Below the pieces are notes generated by a model. That model saw only the letters and a list, made by a program, of their open reading frames with translations. It had not been told where the DNA came from and made no database searches. This document shows, piece by piece, positions 10,501 to 18,832 of a stretch of DNA of 64,000 nt. Numbering within the stretch: position 1 is the first letter of the stretch; each line of letters starts with the position of its first letter. Source of the DNA: Blastocatellia bacterium (GTDB lineage Bacteria > Acidobacteriota > Blastocatellia > UBA7656); the NCBI GenBank assembly GCA_963765495.1, contig CAVXWP010000008.1:352001-416000 (forward strand), in the 5' to 3' direction. The position numbers and the translations under genes were made by a program.

Positions 10501-11033
10501 CTCTTCCCTATCTCAAAGTGCTCCGTTGTCGGCTCCGAAGGATCTCTTCTATTTGTAGCAGGGGTATGCTCTTGCGCGTTTCTGAACCCATTCGAGCCGG
10601 TTCGTTTGAGTATCTGTCGTACAGTTACGTGGCTAATGCTCTCGACAACACCCCTTTCGACCGCAGCAGTGGCAAGCTTTTGCGGCGTCCATTTATCAAA
10701 AGGATAACCGATACTGACCGGAGAGGTTTTGTATAATTCCAGTATCCGCTCCACTTCATCCTGGCTGAATTTTGGGCGCGGCCCACCTTGCGGCCCTCGC
10801 TTTTTCACCGCGATTCCAGCCAGCCCATCTTCGTTATATTTGCGGATCCACTTCTTGATGTTTGAAGAATGAAACCCAAGTATCTGACTTATCTCGGTCG
10901 CCGTCTTCCCATCAGATGAATGAAGTATTACATCTGCGCGCCAGGCCTCCTCCTTGTTTGAAGATCTAGAGCAACGTTGGAGCGACTCCTTCTCTGTGGT
11001 TGTCAACGGCCGGACGTATAAGGGTTGGAACAT
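7524..11033 (-). CDS. Sigma-54 enhancer-binding protein with IS630-type N-terminal HTH, TPR array, AAA+ and Fis HTH
   Basis: N-terminal ~145 aa resemble an IS630 transposase HTH; long TPR-like helical repeats follow; GESGTGKE, GAFTGA, LFLDEI, WPGNVRQL; C-terminal HTH LGLSRRGLRLKL. Confidence 0.9.
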   Translation of the reverse strand: MFQPLYVRPLTTTEKESLQRCSRSSNKEEAWRADVILHSSDGKTATEISQILGFHSSNIKKWIRKYNEDGLAGIAVKKRGPQGGPRPKFSQDEVERILELYKTSPVSIGYPFDKWTPQKLATAAVERGVVESISHVTVRQILKRTGSNGFRNAQEHTPATNRRDPSEPTTEHFEIGKRAFSGANYEEAVEHFYAVLTEDAGTIEQEAITRSLLSRSLEELSKFEEAYRILKKYENPEMISSLSTVMRARLRLRLGWVQSELRNHPEAIASFNDSKVLFHQLQDEVGVSESQYALGRTYIEINEYKIARDHLRAAVAVQKMTINHELLARIYVRLGVVDFNEGAFSSAKENYLKALNYAEKTSNVNLIGMILSNLGTGAYQYPLERKESKVYLSRGVEYLSKGGRRDYLAFAYNNLADNVRCSGYFDEAMGYLTRSLEISEELQDPRVEVTARITLGQIFCDKGDFAKAETELGKCLTLLDDYSDKWLESDALRTLAIVYSLTGQIDKGLKYLREALRLSTSVGDLYGVTLSHAYLAECHFHQHGFEQAQEYLELAQGRLKEEKSLYITGLVQRLAGKIHSVNNRFAEGKQLIAQSISIFTTLEIPFEEAKSRYEMGLLLGKTGEEKESREYFESAKRIFDRTGSVYYSECVTKSLDVFEFDEKGNSREVVLSPANDILLMQRLIEASASRELLVQEMAAVVHENFPVRFVLAFKVYDDSRSDLLAVQGMEHQEAEAYSERLDLDHIETGRQIDQGYAVKIGEDQGADIVLFVHPFDRLDFSRFRPLLKQVELGLETCSLREVVSSPSHPPEGHRIQTILPGFLVSSVSMSAVIDKIQKIRTSNVTVLITGESGTGKELVARAIHAESARARAIFLPFNCTATPKEIIDSQLFGHRRGAFTGATSNYPGIIKAAAGGTLFLDEIGDLSLEVQPKLMRFLQESEIQPLGETRPLKVDVRVLAATNTNLERAVEDGRFREDLFHRLNIIRIHVPPLRERIEELPVLASHFLEHFSSRSGKQGIVLTQESIDLLMQYDWPGNVRQLRNEIERVVAYASEGARIGAPDLSPEVAYPHKHSNGGRMSYTYDRSYGTNGDEGGHTSFNGSKRRNHQQPGSRVKLKDATAALERRLIEESLDRNKNNLSRTAQDLGLSRRGLRLKLNTLGIERENRT

Positions 11034-11061
11034 AAATTACGCCTCTATCTCGATTCCCCCG

Positions 11062-11095
11062 CTACAAGCTATCTACAAGCTATGTTACATCCTAT
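11062..11095. repeat. 11-bp tandem direct repeat (CTACAAGCTAT x2 plus a degenerate third copy)
   Basis: Exact copies at 11062-11072 and 11073-11083; TTACATCCTAT at 11085-11095. Confidence 0.7.
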
Positions 11096-11379
11096 CGAAT
11101 ACTCCTTAATTTTGGATTCATTAGGTGCTTCCGGCTTCCTCGTGCTTACCAACATCGGTCTACCCCGGCAATATTTCCACCCGATTACCCATTCTATTCC
11201 ATAGAGGGACCGAAAATAACAAAATTCCTCCCACCAGTCAATAACTTTCTTCCCATATATTTCAACTCATCTGTATACAGAAGTGCCGCAGTTGAAATTA
11301 TACGTTGCTTGTTAACCCGTTAACTTGGTAAAATGTCGCACTCAGACGAACCAGTCCTAAAGTGAGGGGGAAAATAAAT

Positions 11380-14256
11380 ATGAATTCAATCAAGGTAACT
11401 AGCCCGATGAGAAATCCTCTCACGGGCCTTCTAGTTATCTCGCTCATCATCGGGATGGCTATGATAACCGGGGTGTTCAGGGTAAATGCACAACCCCAGA
11501 ATCTTGTCACCGCAAATGTCCAAACAGTTGCCAGCGTCACCGTTATCGGCGCAAGCACAAATGACCACCTTACCAGCAATAGTTCTGCGGCCCTGGGGCT
11601 TTCATCTGTGGACCGCGCACGTGCAATTACTACGGGCGACTTTAATGCAGATGGTTTCCAGGACATCGCAATAGGCGCACCAGATACTACATTTGTTGCA
11701 AATGCCCAGACCCGCACCAATGCCGGGTCGGTTTACATAGTATTTGGCAGGGAAAATTTCCCTCTGCCTACCACAATCGACACAAACGCGGCTGCGATCA
11801 CAAATCGTGCTGACATTATTATCAGGGGAACCGCTTCTGCCGTTGGAAAACCGGTCAATTTGGGTTTTGCGGTCGCCTCCGGTGACGTAAACGGGGACGG
11901 CGTCGAAGACCTCTTGATGGGTGCTCCCGGAGCCGACCTGATCGTCGGTGATGATGATACGCGTCAGGATTCGGGTGCCGTCTATGTTCTTTTCGGGACA
12001 AATACATTGGTAACCGGCCAGATCATTGATCTTGACATTGCAAATACCGCGGATGCCCTTATACGTGGCGTCTCGGCCGGTGATAAATTTGGTACATCCA
12101 TTGCCGTTGGCAACGTGGGTGGACCCTCGGGCGTTCCCCAGGCTCAAGCCGATGTCGAGGATATCCTTATCGGCGCTCCCGGGACGCAAGGCCCCGCCCC
12201 TGCCGCTACTCCTCGTGCAGATGGAGGTGCCGCATATCTCGTTTATGGAGGAGCAGTTCTGAACCGCGTTGGCGCAGCCACAACGGTTCTTGACCTCGGC
12301 GATCCGGGCCCGCTTAACTTTGACATTATTTTCGGAAACACAGGCGACCATCTCGGTAACTCGGTCGCGATTGGTGATCTAAATGCAGGAGGGGCCGGAG
12401 ATTTGATAGTCGGCGCACCTCTTGCCAACCGCCCTGCCGGTATTGCTAACACTCCGCCGGGGCTTGCCGATACGGGCGCTGTCTACGGAGTATTCGGTGG
12501 AACAAATCTGAATCCTGATACCGGCACAGTGAAGGCCTTTGATGTCGCATCCGCTGTCGCAACTAGCCGTCAAAATATATCTATATACGGCGAGGGTGCT
12601 AATGATCTCTTTGGCGCATCCGTTGCCCTGGGGGATGTTACAGGCGATGGAACAGTAGACCTGGCCGCAGGCGCACCCGGCGCGGGTGGACCATCAAACG
12701 GTCGTGCCAACGGCGGAGAGGCATATCTATTTGTCGGCGGCGCGAACTTTAATCCACCTTTCGGTGGATCAGAAACAAGAAAGGATATTGCGCTTGATGG
12801 AGAAAACCTGACCGTTTTTGGAGCCGCTGCCGGTGACCGCCTCGGAGCCACAGTGGCCATCGGACAGATAAACTCCGCCGGAAACACCGATACAATCCCC
12901 GATCTATTGCTTGGAGCGCCTGGCGCATCGAGTGGTAACGGCAGTGTCTCTGTCCTCTATGGCGGATCTGCAAATATCCTTCTCGTGGCCACGCGAGACC
13001 TTAGCATCGATCAAGACGATCTGCGCTTTCTTGGCGAGACAGGCAGTCAACTCGGCTGGGCTATAGCAGCGGACGATGTCGACGGGAACACCGGCGGAGA
13101 TTTGATCGTTGGCGCACCGCTCGCCGACGCCGTCATCTCCCAGGCAGTTACCCGCACAGATGCCGGGAAAGCCTACGTACTTCTCGCCGACCCGACCGAT
13201 GTTCCTCCAGTCAACCAGAACCCGATCGTAGAGGTAACGTCCCCTAACGGCGGCGAGACCGTAAACGGCGGAAGCACTTTCCCGATCACCTGGACTGCTT
13301 CCGATCCCGATGGGAATGCGACGCTTCAACGTTTTGAAATAAAACTTTCAACTGATGGAGGCGCTACCTTTAATGTCACGATCGCAACCAATGTATCCCC
13401 GGCTGGCGGCAGCCCCTTTACCTTTAATTGGGATGTGCCCACGGGGCTCAATACCAATTCCGCTCGAATTCAGGTTACCGCCTTTGATAACGCAGGCGGT
13501 TCGACTTCTGATTCGAGCGACGAGAATTTTACGATTACCGACGCGGGCGTAGTCGTAACCCTCATCTTTCCGAATGGTGGAGAGACATTCAATTTCGGAC
13601 AACAGATAGAGATTTCCTGGACCGTCCCCGATTCCTTCGAGGACCAGATCGCCGGGTTCGATCTCTTCTTCACACCTGATGACGGAGCCACTTTTACTGC
13701 CATAACGCCGCTCAACCCGCTGGAACCGGCTCTGGCCCCCGGCGTTCGGACTTTCCCCTGGACGGTTCCCTCTATATGCACGACTCGCGCAAGAGTGCTT
13801 GTCGTCGCAACGAGTGTAACCAACGCCCTGTCATCCGATTCAAGCAACTCGACATTCACGATCTCCGAACCAGGACCGACTATTGATGCGAGTCGCCTTG
13901 ACCTGAACGGTGGACGGACTAAGCTTATTCTGAAAACTGCGCAACCGGCGCAGGGCTCGGAAGTCAAATTCGTGCAGAATACTACGGTAGAAATATCGGC
14001 AACCGAAGCAGGTACTACCTTCTTTGCATTCTCGAATGTCAAAGTAAAGGGATCGGGCGTAAAACTCAAAGCCAAGGGGCTGATCAATGGTCAAACCCTC
14101 GGCGCTTTCTTCCCTGACGGAGCTACACGGTTCCTCCGCGTAACGAATCCCGTGTGCGGAGTTACCTTGCTCAAGGTCATGCGAGTGGGCGGCCAGCTTG
14201 TTGTAGTGCCTTCCACCGCTGTTCAACTCCAGAAGAATCATCAGGTGTGGCAGTAA
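11380..14256 (+). CDS. Secreted FG-GAP (integrin-alpha beta-propeller) repeat protein with Ig-like domains
   Basis: Signal peptide; seven GDxxxDGxxD(L/I)xxGAP-type repeats; two PNGGE Ig-like domains; RBS GAGGGG before ATG 11380 (ORF track starts at GTG 11362). Confidence 0.9.
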   Translation: MNSIKVTSPMRNPLTGLLVISLIIGMAMITGVFRVNAQPQNLVTANVQTVASVTVIGASTNDHLTSNSSAALGLSSVDRARAITTGDFNADGFQDIAIGAPDTTFVANAQTRTNAGSVYIVFGRENFPLPTTIDTNAAAITNRADIIIRGTASAVGKPVNLGFAVASGDVNGDGVEDLLMGAPGADLIVGDDDTRQDSGAVYVLFGTNTLVTGQIIDLDIANTADALIRGVSAGDKFGTSIAVGNVGGPSGVPQAQADVEDILIGAPGTQGPAPAATPRADGGAAYLVYGGAVLNRVGAATTVLDLGDPGPLNFDIIFGNTGDHLGNSVAIGDLNAGGAGDLIVGAPLANRPAGIANTPPGLADTGAVYGVFGGTNLNPDTGTVKAFDVASAVATSRQNISIYGEGANDLFGASVALGDVTGDGTVDLAAGAPGAGGPSNGRANGGEAYLFVGGANFNPPFGGSETRKDIALDGENLTVFGAAAGDRLGATVAIGQINSAGNTDTIPDLLLGAPGASSGNGSVSVLYGGSANILLVATRDLSIDQDDLRFLGETGSQLGWAIAADDVDGNTGGDLIVGAPLADAVISQAVTRTDAGKAYVLLADPTDVPPVNQNPIVEVTSPNGGETVNGGSTFPITWTASDPDGNATLQRFEIKLSTDGGATFNVTIATNVSPAGGSPFTFNWDVPTGLNTNSARIQVTAFDNAGGSTSDSSDENFTITDAGVVVTLIFPNGGETFNFGQQIEISWTVPDSFEDQIAGFDLFFTPDDGATFTAITPLNPLEPALAPGVRTFPWTVPSICTTRARVLVVATSVTNALSSDSSNSTFTISEPGPTIDASRLDLNGGRTKLILKTAQPAQGSEVKFVQNTTVEISATEAGTTFFAFSNVKVKGSGVKLKAKGLINGQTLGAFFPDGATRFLRVTNPVCGVTLLKVMRVGGQLVVVPSTAVQLQKNHQVWQ

Positions 14257-14286
14257 AAGCTCGACTGTGATCCTCTTCTATAGAGA

Positions 14287-14321
14287 GAAAAGGGCTGGTC
14301 ATTGATTGACCAGCCCTTTTC
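14287..14321. terminator. Bidirectional terminator between convergent genes
   Basis: Perfect inverted repeat GAAAAGGGCTGGTCA-N5-TGACCAGCCCTTTTC. Confidence 0.85.
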
Positions 14322-14357
14322 ATTAGGTTGCCTTTGATACCTTTAACTGCCTCCTGC

Positions 14358-15335
14358 TCAACGCCTCTCATAGTACTGCATCACAAGACCATTGCGACCA
14401 ATCGCATAACCGCGATTCTTATAAAATGAGACCGAAAATAAATCTTCGTCCGTTCCGCTCGCCTGCTCAACCCAGTGCCGCCCCCCATCGTATGTCCTGA
14501 TGATCCGCCCACGATAGCCGACCACCCATCCCGTATTCTTATTGATAAAACTGATTCCAAACAGCGGCTCCTTTACTGACAATGAAACCCTTGACCAGGT
14601 CGCCCCTCCATTCTCGCTCAAAAGCAACGCCCCGTTATCACCCGTTATCAGTCCCACTTTGTCGCTGACAAAATATACGCGGTTTAAATCATCGCTTGTC
14701 CCCGATTGCTGGGGATACCAGCTTCGCCCGCCGTCGCGTGTGTGCAGGATGACTCCGCCCGTTCCGACAACCCAGCCACGCTCGTCTCTTATGCTCAGGT
14801 GAAAAAGCTGCTCGGTTGTCCCGCTTCGCTGCTCCCGCCAGGAAAACCCTCCGTTGTCTGACGTCAATATCAGCCCTCGGTCCCCCACGATTACCCCATC
14901 CTTTTCGGATGTGAATTGCACCGAATAGAGGTCTGGCCTCTTTGCACGGTCTTCCGGGTCCCCGCTTCCCTGGCTGTATGATGTATACAGACTCTTGAGA
15001 AAACTGCGGCCCCCATCCGTGCTGATCAAGATTGTTCCGTTATCCCCCACAATCCATACTCGATTATTCAGCCCGAAAACATCGTTTAAGCCCTCATTGA
15101 CCCCTACATCGACATCCTGAAAGGTGCGCCCATCGTCATATGACCTGATGATGAGCCCCTCAGCTCCCGCTACCCAGATTTGATCTCCATTATAGAAAAC
15201 CGCGTTGACGGTAGCAGGGTTTCCTTTTCGTTTTATTATTTGAGCCTGTGTCCAACCCTGCTGCGCAAGGGCCGTAGCGGTAAAAAAGGCTGTTACAATG
15301 ACTATCGTTATCACGTGATTTCGTCTAATGGTCAT
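14358..15335 (-). CDS. YCF48-like / BNR-repeat beta-propeller protein, secreted
   Basis: Signal peptide; repeated GWVVGxxGxIxxTxDGGxxW units. Confidence 0.9.
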   Translation of the reverse strand: MTIRRNHVITIVIVTAFFTATALAQQGWTQAQIIKRKGNPATVNAVFYNGDQIWVAGAEGLIIRSYDDGRTFQDVDVGVNEGLNDVFGLNNRVWIVGDNGTILISTDGGRSFLKSLYTSYSQGSGDPEDRAKRPDLYSVQFTSEKDGVIVGDRGLILTSDNGGFSWREQRSGTTEQLFHLSIRDERGWVVGTGGVILHTRDGGRSWYPQQSGTSDDLNRVYFVSDKVGLITGDNGALLLSENGGATWSRVSLSVKEPLFGISFINKNTGWVVGYRGRIIRTYDGGRHWVEQASGTDEDLFSVSFYKNRGYAIGRNGLVMQYYERR

Positions 15336-16917
15336 TCGATCCTCCGGAAGGGTTTCTTTGGCTCTCGGCCCTCAGCATGTACCGCTGTATCTTCCCTGTG
15401 GATGTGCGAGGCAACTCCTTTAAGAATTCGATTTGAGAAGGCACCTTGTAATGCGGAAGCCGAGAACTTAAGAATTCAAGCAATATCGACTCTAGCGCCT
15501 CGCGCGCTCCATCCTGTCGGATGACCACAAAAGCCTTTGCCGTTGCCAGCCCGCTATCTCCTATCGAGGCAATAACCGCTGCTTCAACCACGCTTTCGTG
15601 CCGCAGAAGCTCGGTTTCAACCTCAACCGGGGACACCCATAACCCGTTCACCTTAAAACAATCATCAGACCGCCCAACATGAAAATAGAACCCATCCTCA
15701 TCCCTTCGATACACATCTCCCGTCCTCACCCATCCCTCCTGAATCGTCTCGGCTGTCAGTTCCGGCTGATTCCAGTACCCTGTCGTACCGCTTGCCCCCC
15801 TAACCCACAGATGACCCGATTCCCCCGGGTTACATTCCCTTCCCACATCGTCGAGCAGGTGCGCTTCGTATGAAGGCACAAGTTGCCCGCTTGAACCCGC
15901 GCGCGCGCTCCCCTCTCGATTCGATATGAAGATGTGGAGCATTTCGGTTGACCCTATGCCATCGAGTATCTTTGACCCGTATAATCGTTCCCAATCCGTA
16001 AATATGCTCTCGGGAAGCGCCTCCCCTGCGGAGATGCATAACCGCAGGGATGACAGGTCCAATTGCCCCCCCTCATTCTCGTATTCGAGAAGAGAGCGAT
16101 ATATCGCAGGGACGCCAAAAAACACGTCGGGTCTTCTCTGCTGAAATAAGGAAGAGAGTCTTTGAGGCGAAGGGCGTTCCCTGTCCAAAATCACCGTCGC
16201 CCCTGCCGCAAGTGGAAAAGAGAGGCTGTTGCCTAAACCGTATGCGAAGAATAGCCGGGAAGCCGAATAACATATGTCTTCCGGCGTCAAATTGAGTATG
16301 TTCTCCGAATAACTTTTCACTGTGCAGGGGATGGCTCCCTGTCTATGGATTACCCCCTTTGGCTTCCCCGTGCTGCCCGATGTGTAAAGCAGGAATGCCG
16401 GAGACTCACGAGTCGTGGCGATGCCAGCCATTTCCCCTGCGGGAATTTCTTCCGATTGTGACCCGCTCCACCTGTTCGCTTCTACCGATAAAATCTGACA
16501 TCGCCCCTCGGGTTCAACTCCGCACTGGTCTATCTTCAGCCGCAGTTCATCCTCGGTAATCACTATTCTCGACGCCGAATCACGGAGTATAAACGCTAAA
16601 TCATCGGCAGGTATAAAGGTATTTACCGGGACGCAGATCGCACCGATTGAGACGACGGCCAGAAACCCTGCAATCCAGTCCGGCGAGTCATAAAGCAGGA
16701 GCGCAACCCTGTCGCCTTGCTTTGCCCCACAATCAAGAATTCTCCGTTTCCAGTGATCTACCTCATTTCGAAGCTCGCTGTATCTTATGGACCTGTCACG
16801 ATATTCAATCGCGACCCGATCACCTATTTCGCGCAGTCGATCTTCGCCCAGAAAATAGTCGCAAAGATTAAAGTATGGCGGGGATTTTGTCATCAGGGCG
16901 CGATTATATGTCATCAC
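15325..16917 (-). CDS. Benzoate-CoA ligase family AMP-dependent ligase
   Basis: Motifs YTSGSTGKPKG, LFFAYGLGNSL, DGIGSTEMLHIF and LPRTSTGKIQR. Confidence 0.9.
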   Translation of the reverse strand: MMTYNRALMTKSPPYFNLCDYFLGEDRLREIGDRVAIEYRDRSIRYSELRNEVDHWKRRILDCGAKQGDRVALLLYDSPDWIAGFLAVVSIGAICVPVNTFIPADDLAFILRDSASRIVITEDELRLKIDQCGVEPEGRCQILSVEANRWSGSQSEEIPAGEMAGIATTRESPAFLLYTSGSTGKPKGVIHRQGAIPCTVKSYSENILNLTPEDICYSASRLFFAYGLGNSLSFPLAAGATVILDRERPSPQRLSSLFQQRRPDVFFGVPAIYRSLLEYENEGGQLDLSSLRLCISAGEALPESIFTDWERLYGSKILDGIGSTEMLHIFISNREGSARAGSSGQLVPSYEAHLLDDVGRECNPGESGHLWVRGASGTTGYWNQPELTAETIQEGWVRTGDVYRRDEDGFYFHVGRSDDCFKVNGLWVSPVEVETELLRHESVVEAAVIASIGDSGLATAKAFVVIRQDGAREALESILLEFLSSRLPHYKVPSQIEFLKELPRTSTGKIQRYMLRAESQRNPSGGSNDH

Positions 16918-16956
16918 GCCCTTTCAATTAAAGTCATCTCGATGTGAGTTCTCAGT

Positions 16957-18750
16957 CTAAAAGACTAATGCTGTTTGCTTGAGCTTCAGCTTCTTCAAGA
17001 TGTAGTTGTCTTCATCAAAACCGAAGCTGACGGGCCGTTTATTAGAAGGCACCGCAAATCTCTGCTTGCGGGAATCATTAAATACAGTGACGGTCTCGCT
17101 CGTTCCATCAACAAAATGGACTGTCACTTTAATCGGCATGACATAAACATGCGCGAGGTCGCCTGAACGGTTGGGAATCTCCTGCTTTTGCTTCTGCTTT
17201 ACCGTAAATGCAACAGAAAATGTGCCTTTCTCGACACCATCTTCTATGGTGTAAGTAACTTTATAGACTGGCCGCCCCGGAGCATAAATCCACTCGTTAA
17301 AGAACCACTCAAGGCTTGAGCCATAATGGTCTTCGCATACCTTCCGAAAATCATCAGTCGAGGCATTTGAGTAGGCATACCGCCCGGCGTAATCCTTGTA
17401 CGCTGCAAAGAACGCATCGTCGCCCATTATCCCTCTGAGCATATGCAGAACCCATCCGCCCTTTGTATAAATGGCGCCTCTGTCGTCATACGGGTCCGCC
17501 AGGTCTTCGGCATAAACCGTGCCGCCCATCCGCCCGTCAACTTCGCCGTCATCATAGCTCTGGGACATCACTATTCCCGGGTCCAGATGGAGATACCGTT
17601 CATAAAAGAGGACTTCGGAATATGTAGCAAACCCTTCATTGAGCCATATATCGTGCCAGGACTTCATCGTCACCAGATCGCCCCACCAGTGGTGCGCCAG
17701 TTCGTGTGCTATAACTCCCTGCCCGGTATTTGTCTCCGAACCCACTATATTTGAGCCGAGACTAGTGATGGTCTGGTGCTCCATGGCTCCGCTCCAGGGA
17801 AATTCTGCCATCCCGTATTTTTCATCTAAAAACGGGTATTCGCCATAAAGCGGCGCAAATATTTCGATTGCCCTTCGAGTGACCGAAAATTTCTGCTCGG
17901 CGAGCGTCAAATGCTCGGGGTAGACAAAATACTCGATTGGCATCTGTCTGGAACCATCAAGCGATGTGTAGGTGTCGGCAAACCGCTCATAATTTGTGAC
18001 CGCGACCGAAATCAGATAAGGCGCTATGGGATAATCTTCTCGCCAGTGAAAGGCAGTCGTCCCGTCCTCGCCGGTCTCGACACTTTCGAGCACTCCATTT
18101 GATGCAACAGAAAACTTCTTTGGCACGGATGCCTCGATAGTGGCGGTCGCCTTATCATTCACATCATCAATACAGGGCCACCAGCTAGGTGCAGCGTAAG
18201 GTTCGCTCAAACTCGCCATCACCGGAACGTCTGACGCTCCGTGCTGCGCTACGAGCATTCCACTGCCAAGACTTCCAATTGTAGTGGCCGTCCCGTGATA
18301 GTCGATCACTATTGCGAACTCCGATTCGGCGGTCAACCCACCCGGGATTGCGATTACAACTTGATTCCTCTTGCGCTTAAACTCAAGCGAGGTAATGCCG
18401 TCTCTTACCCCCTCTATCACAAGATTTTCGAACGCATCCACGGTTATGAGAGATGTATCGGCAAGCGCTTTCCCGGTGATCGTCACGCTCCCGGCTATGG
18501 TCCCCTCAGATGGATTCAATCGGATTTGCAGCAGGTAATGAGTTACATCGATCGGTTGACCTGGTGTTGCGATAGAGAGCGCCTTTATCAGTTGTTGTTC
18601 GCCTATCCGGTGATCCATTTTCTCAACAAGATCGTGCTCGGTCTTGATCCTGTTGTACAGTTCGCCTTCGGTTTGCGCGCCCGAGTTTGTGGAAGGAAAT
18701 TGACAGAGAATCATCAGAGCGACTATCAGGAGAACGGTTGCTCTAAACAT
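16957..18750 (-). CDS. M1 family zinc aminopeptidase, secreted
   Basis: GAMEH and HELAHHW...WLNEGFATYSE; ATG at 18750 with AGGAG RBS and a signal peptide. Confidence 0.9.
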   Translation of the reverse strand: MFRATVLLIVALMILCQFPSTNSGAQTEGELYNRIKTEHDLVEKMDHRIGEQQLIKALSIATPGQPIDVTHYLLQIRLNPSEGTIAGSVTITGKALADTSLITVDAFENLVIEGVRDGITSLEFKRKRNQVVIAIPGGLTAESEFAIVIDYHGTATTIGSLGSGMLVAQHGASDVPVMASLSEPYAAPSWWPCIDDVNDKATATIEASVPKKFSVASNGVLESVETGEDGTTAFHWREDYPIAPYLISVAVTNYERFADTYTSLDGSRQMPIEYFVYPEHLTLAEQKFSVTRRAIEIFAPLYGEYPFLDEKYGMAEFPWSGAMEHQTITSLGSNIVGSETNTGQGVIAHELAHHWWGDLVTMKSWHDIWLNEGFATYSEVLFYERYLHLDPGIVMSQSYDDGEVDGRMGGTVYAEDLADPYDDRGAIYTKGGWVLHMLRGIMGDDAFFAAYKDYAGRYAYSNASTDDFRKVCEDHYGSSLEWFFNEWIYAPGRPVYKVTYTIEDGVEKGTFSVAFTVKQKQKQEIPNRSGDLAHVYVMPIKVTVHFVDGTSETVTVFNDSRKQRFAVPSNKRPVSFGFDEDNYILKKLKLKQTALVF

Positions 18751-18832
18751 AACTACTCCTGGGGATGAACTACACGGGATGCGGTAGTATAACACATCGA
18801 TGGTCTTAGCGCTTAAAACCTGACAGGGGTAA

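Noticed and set aside
10599-11033. Intact IS630 insertion sequence
   Set aside because: No DDE catalytic domain or terminal inverted repeats seen; the HTH is in frame with the regulator.
1-11300. AT-richer segment as a horizontally acquired island or chimeric contig
   Set aside because: No integrase, tRNA or flanking repeats; composition changes gradually and is explained by proximity to the dif-like terminus.
11325-11340. Sigma-54 promoter for the FG-GAP gene (TTGGTAAAATGTCGCA)
   Set aside because: GG-to-GC spacing is 9 nt rather than the required 10.
11602-14241. Long antisense ORFs (for example 249 aa and 205 aa) over the FG-GAP gene
   Set aside because: Shadow ORFs of a GC-rich coding strand with no recognisable motifs.
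14358-15335. YCF48-like gene as evidence of photosystem II
   Set aside because: This BNR propeller family is widespread in non-phototrophs, and no photosystem genes are present.
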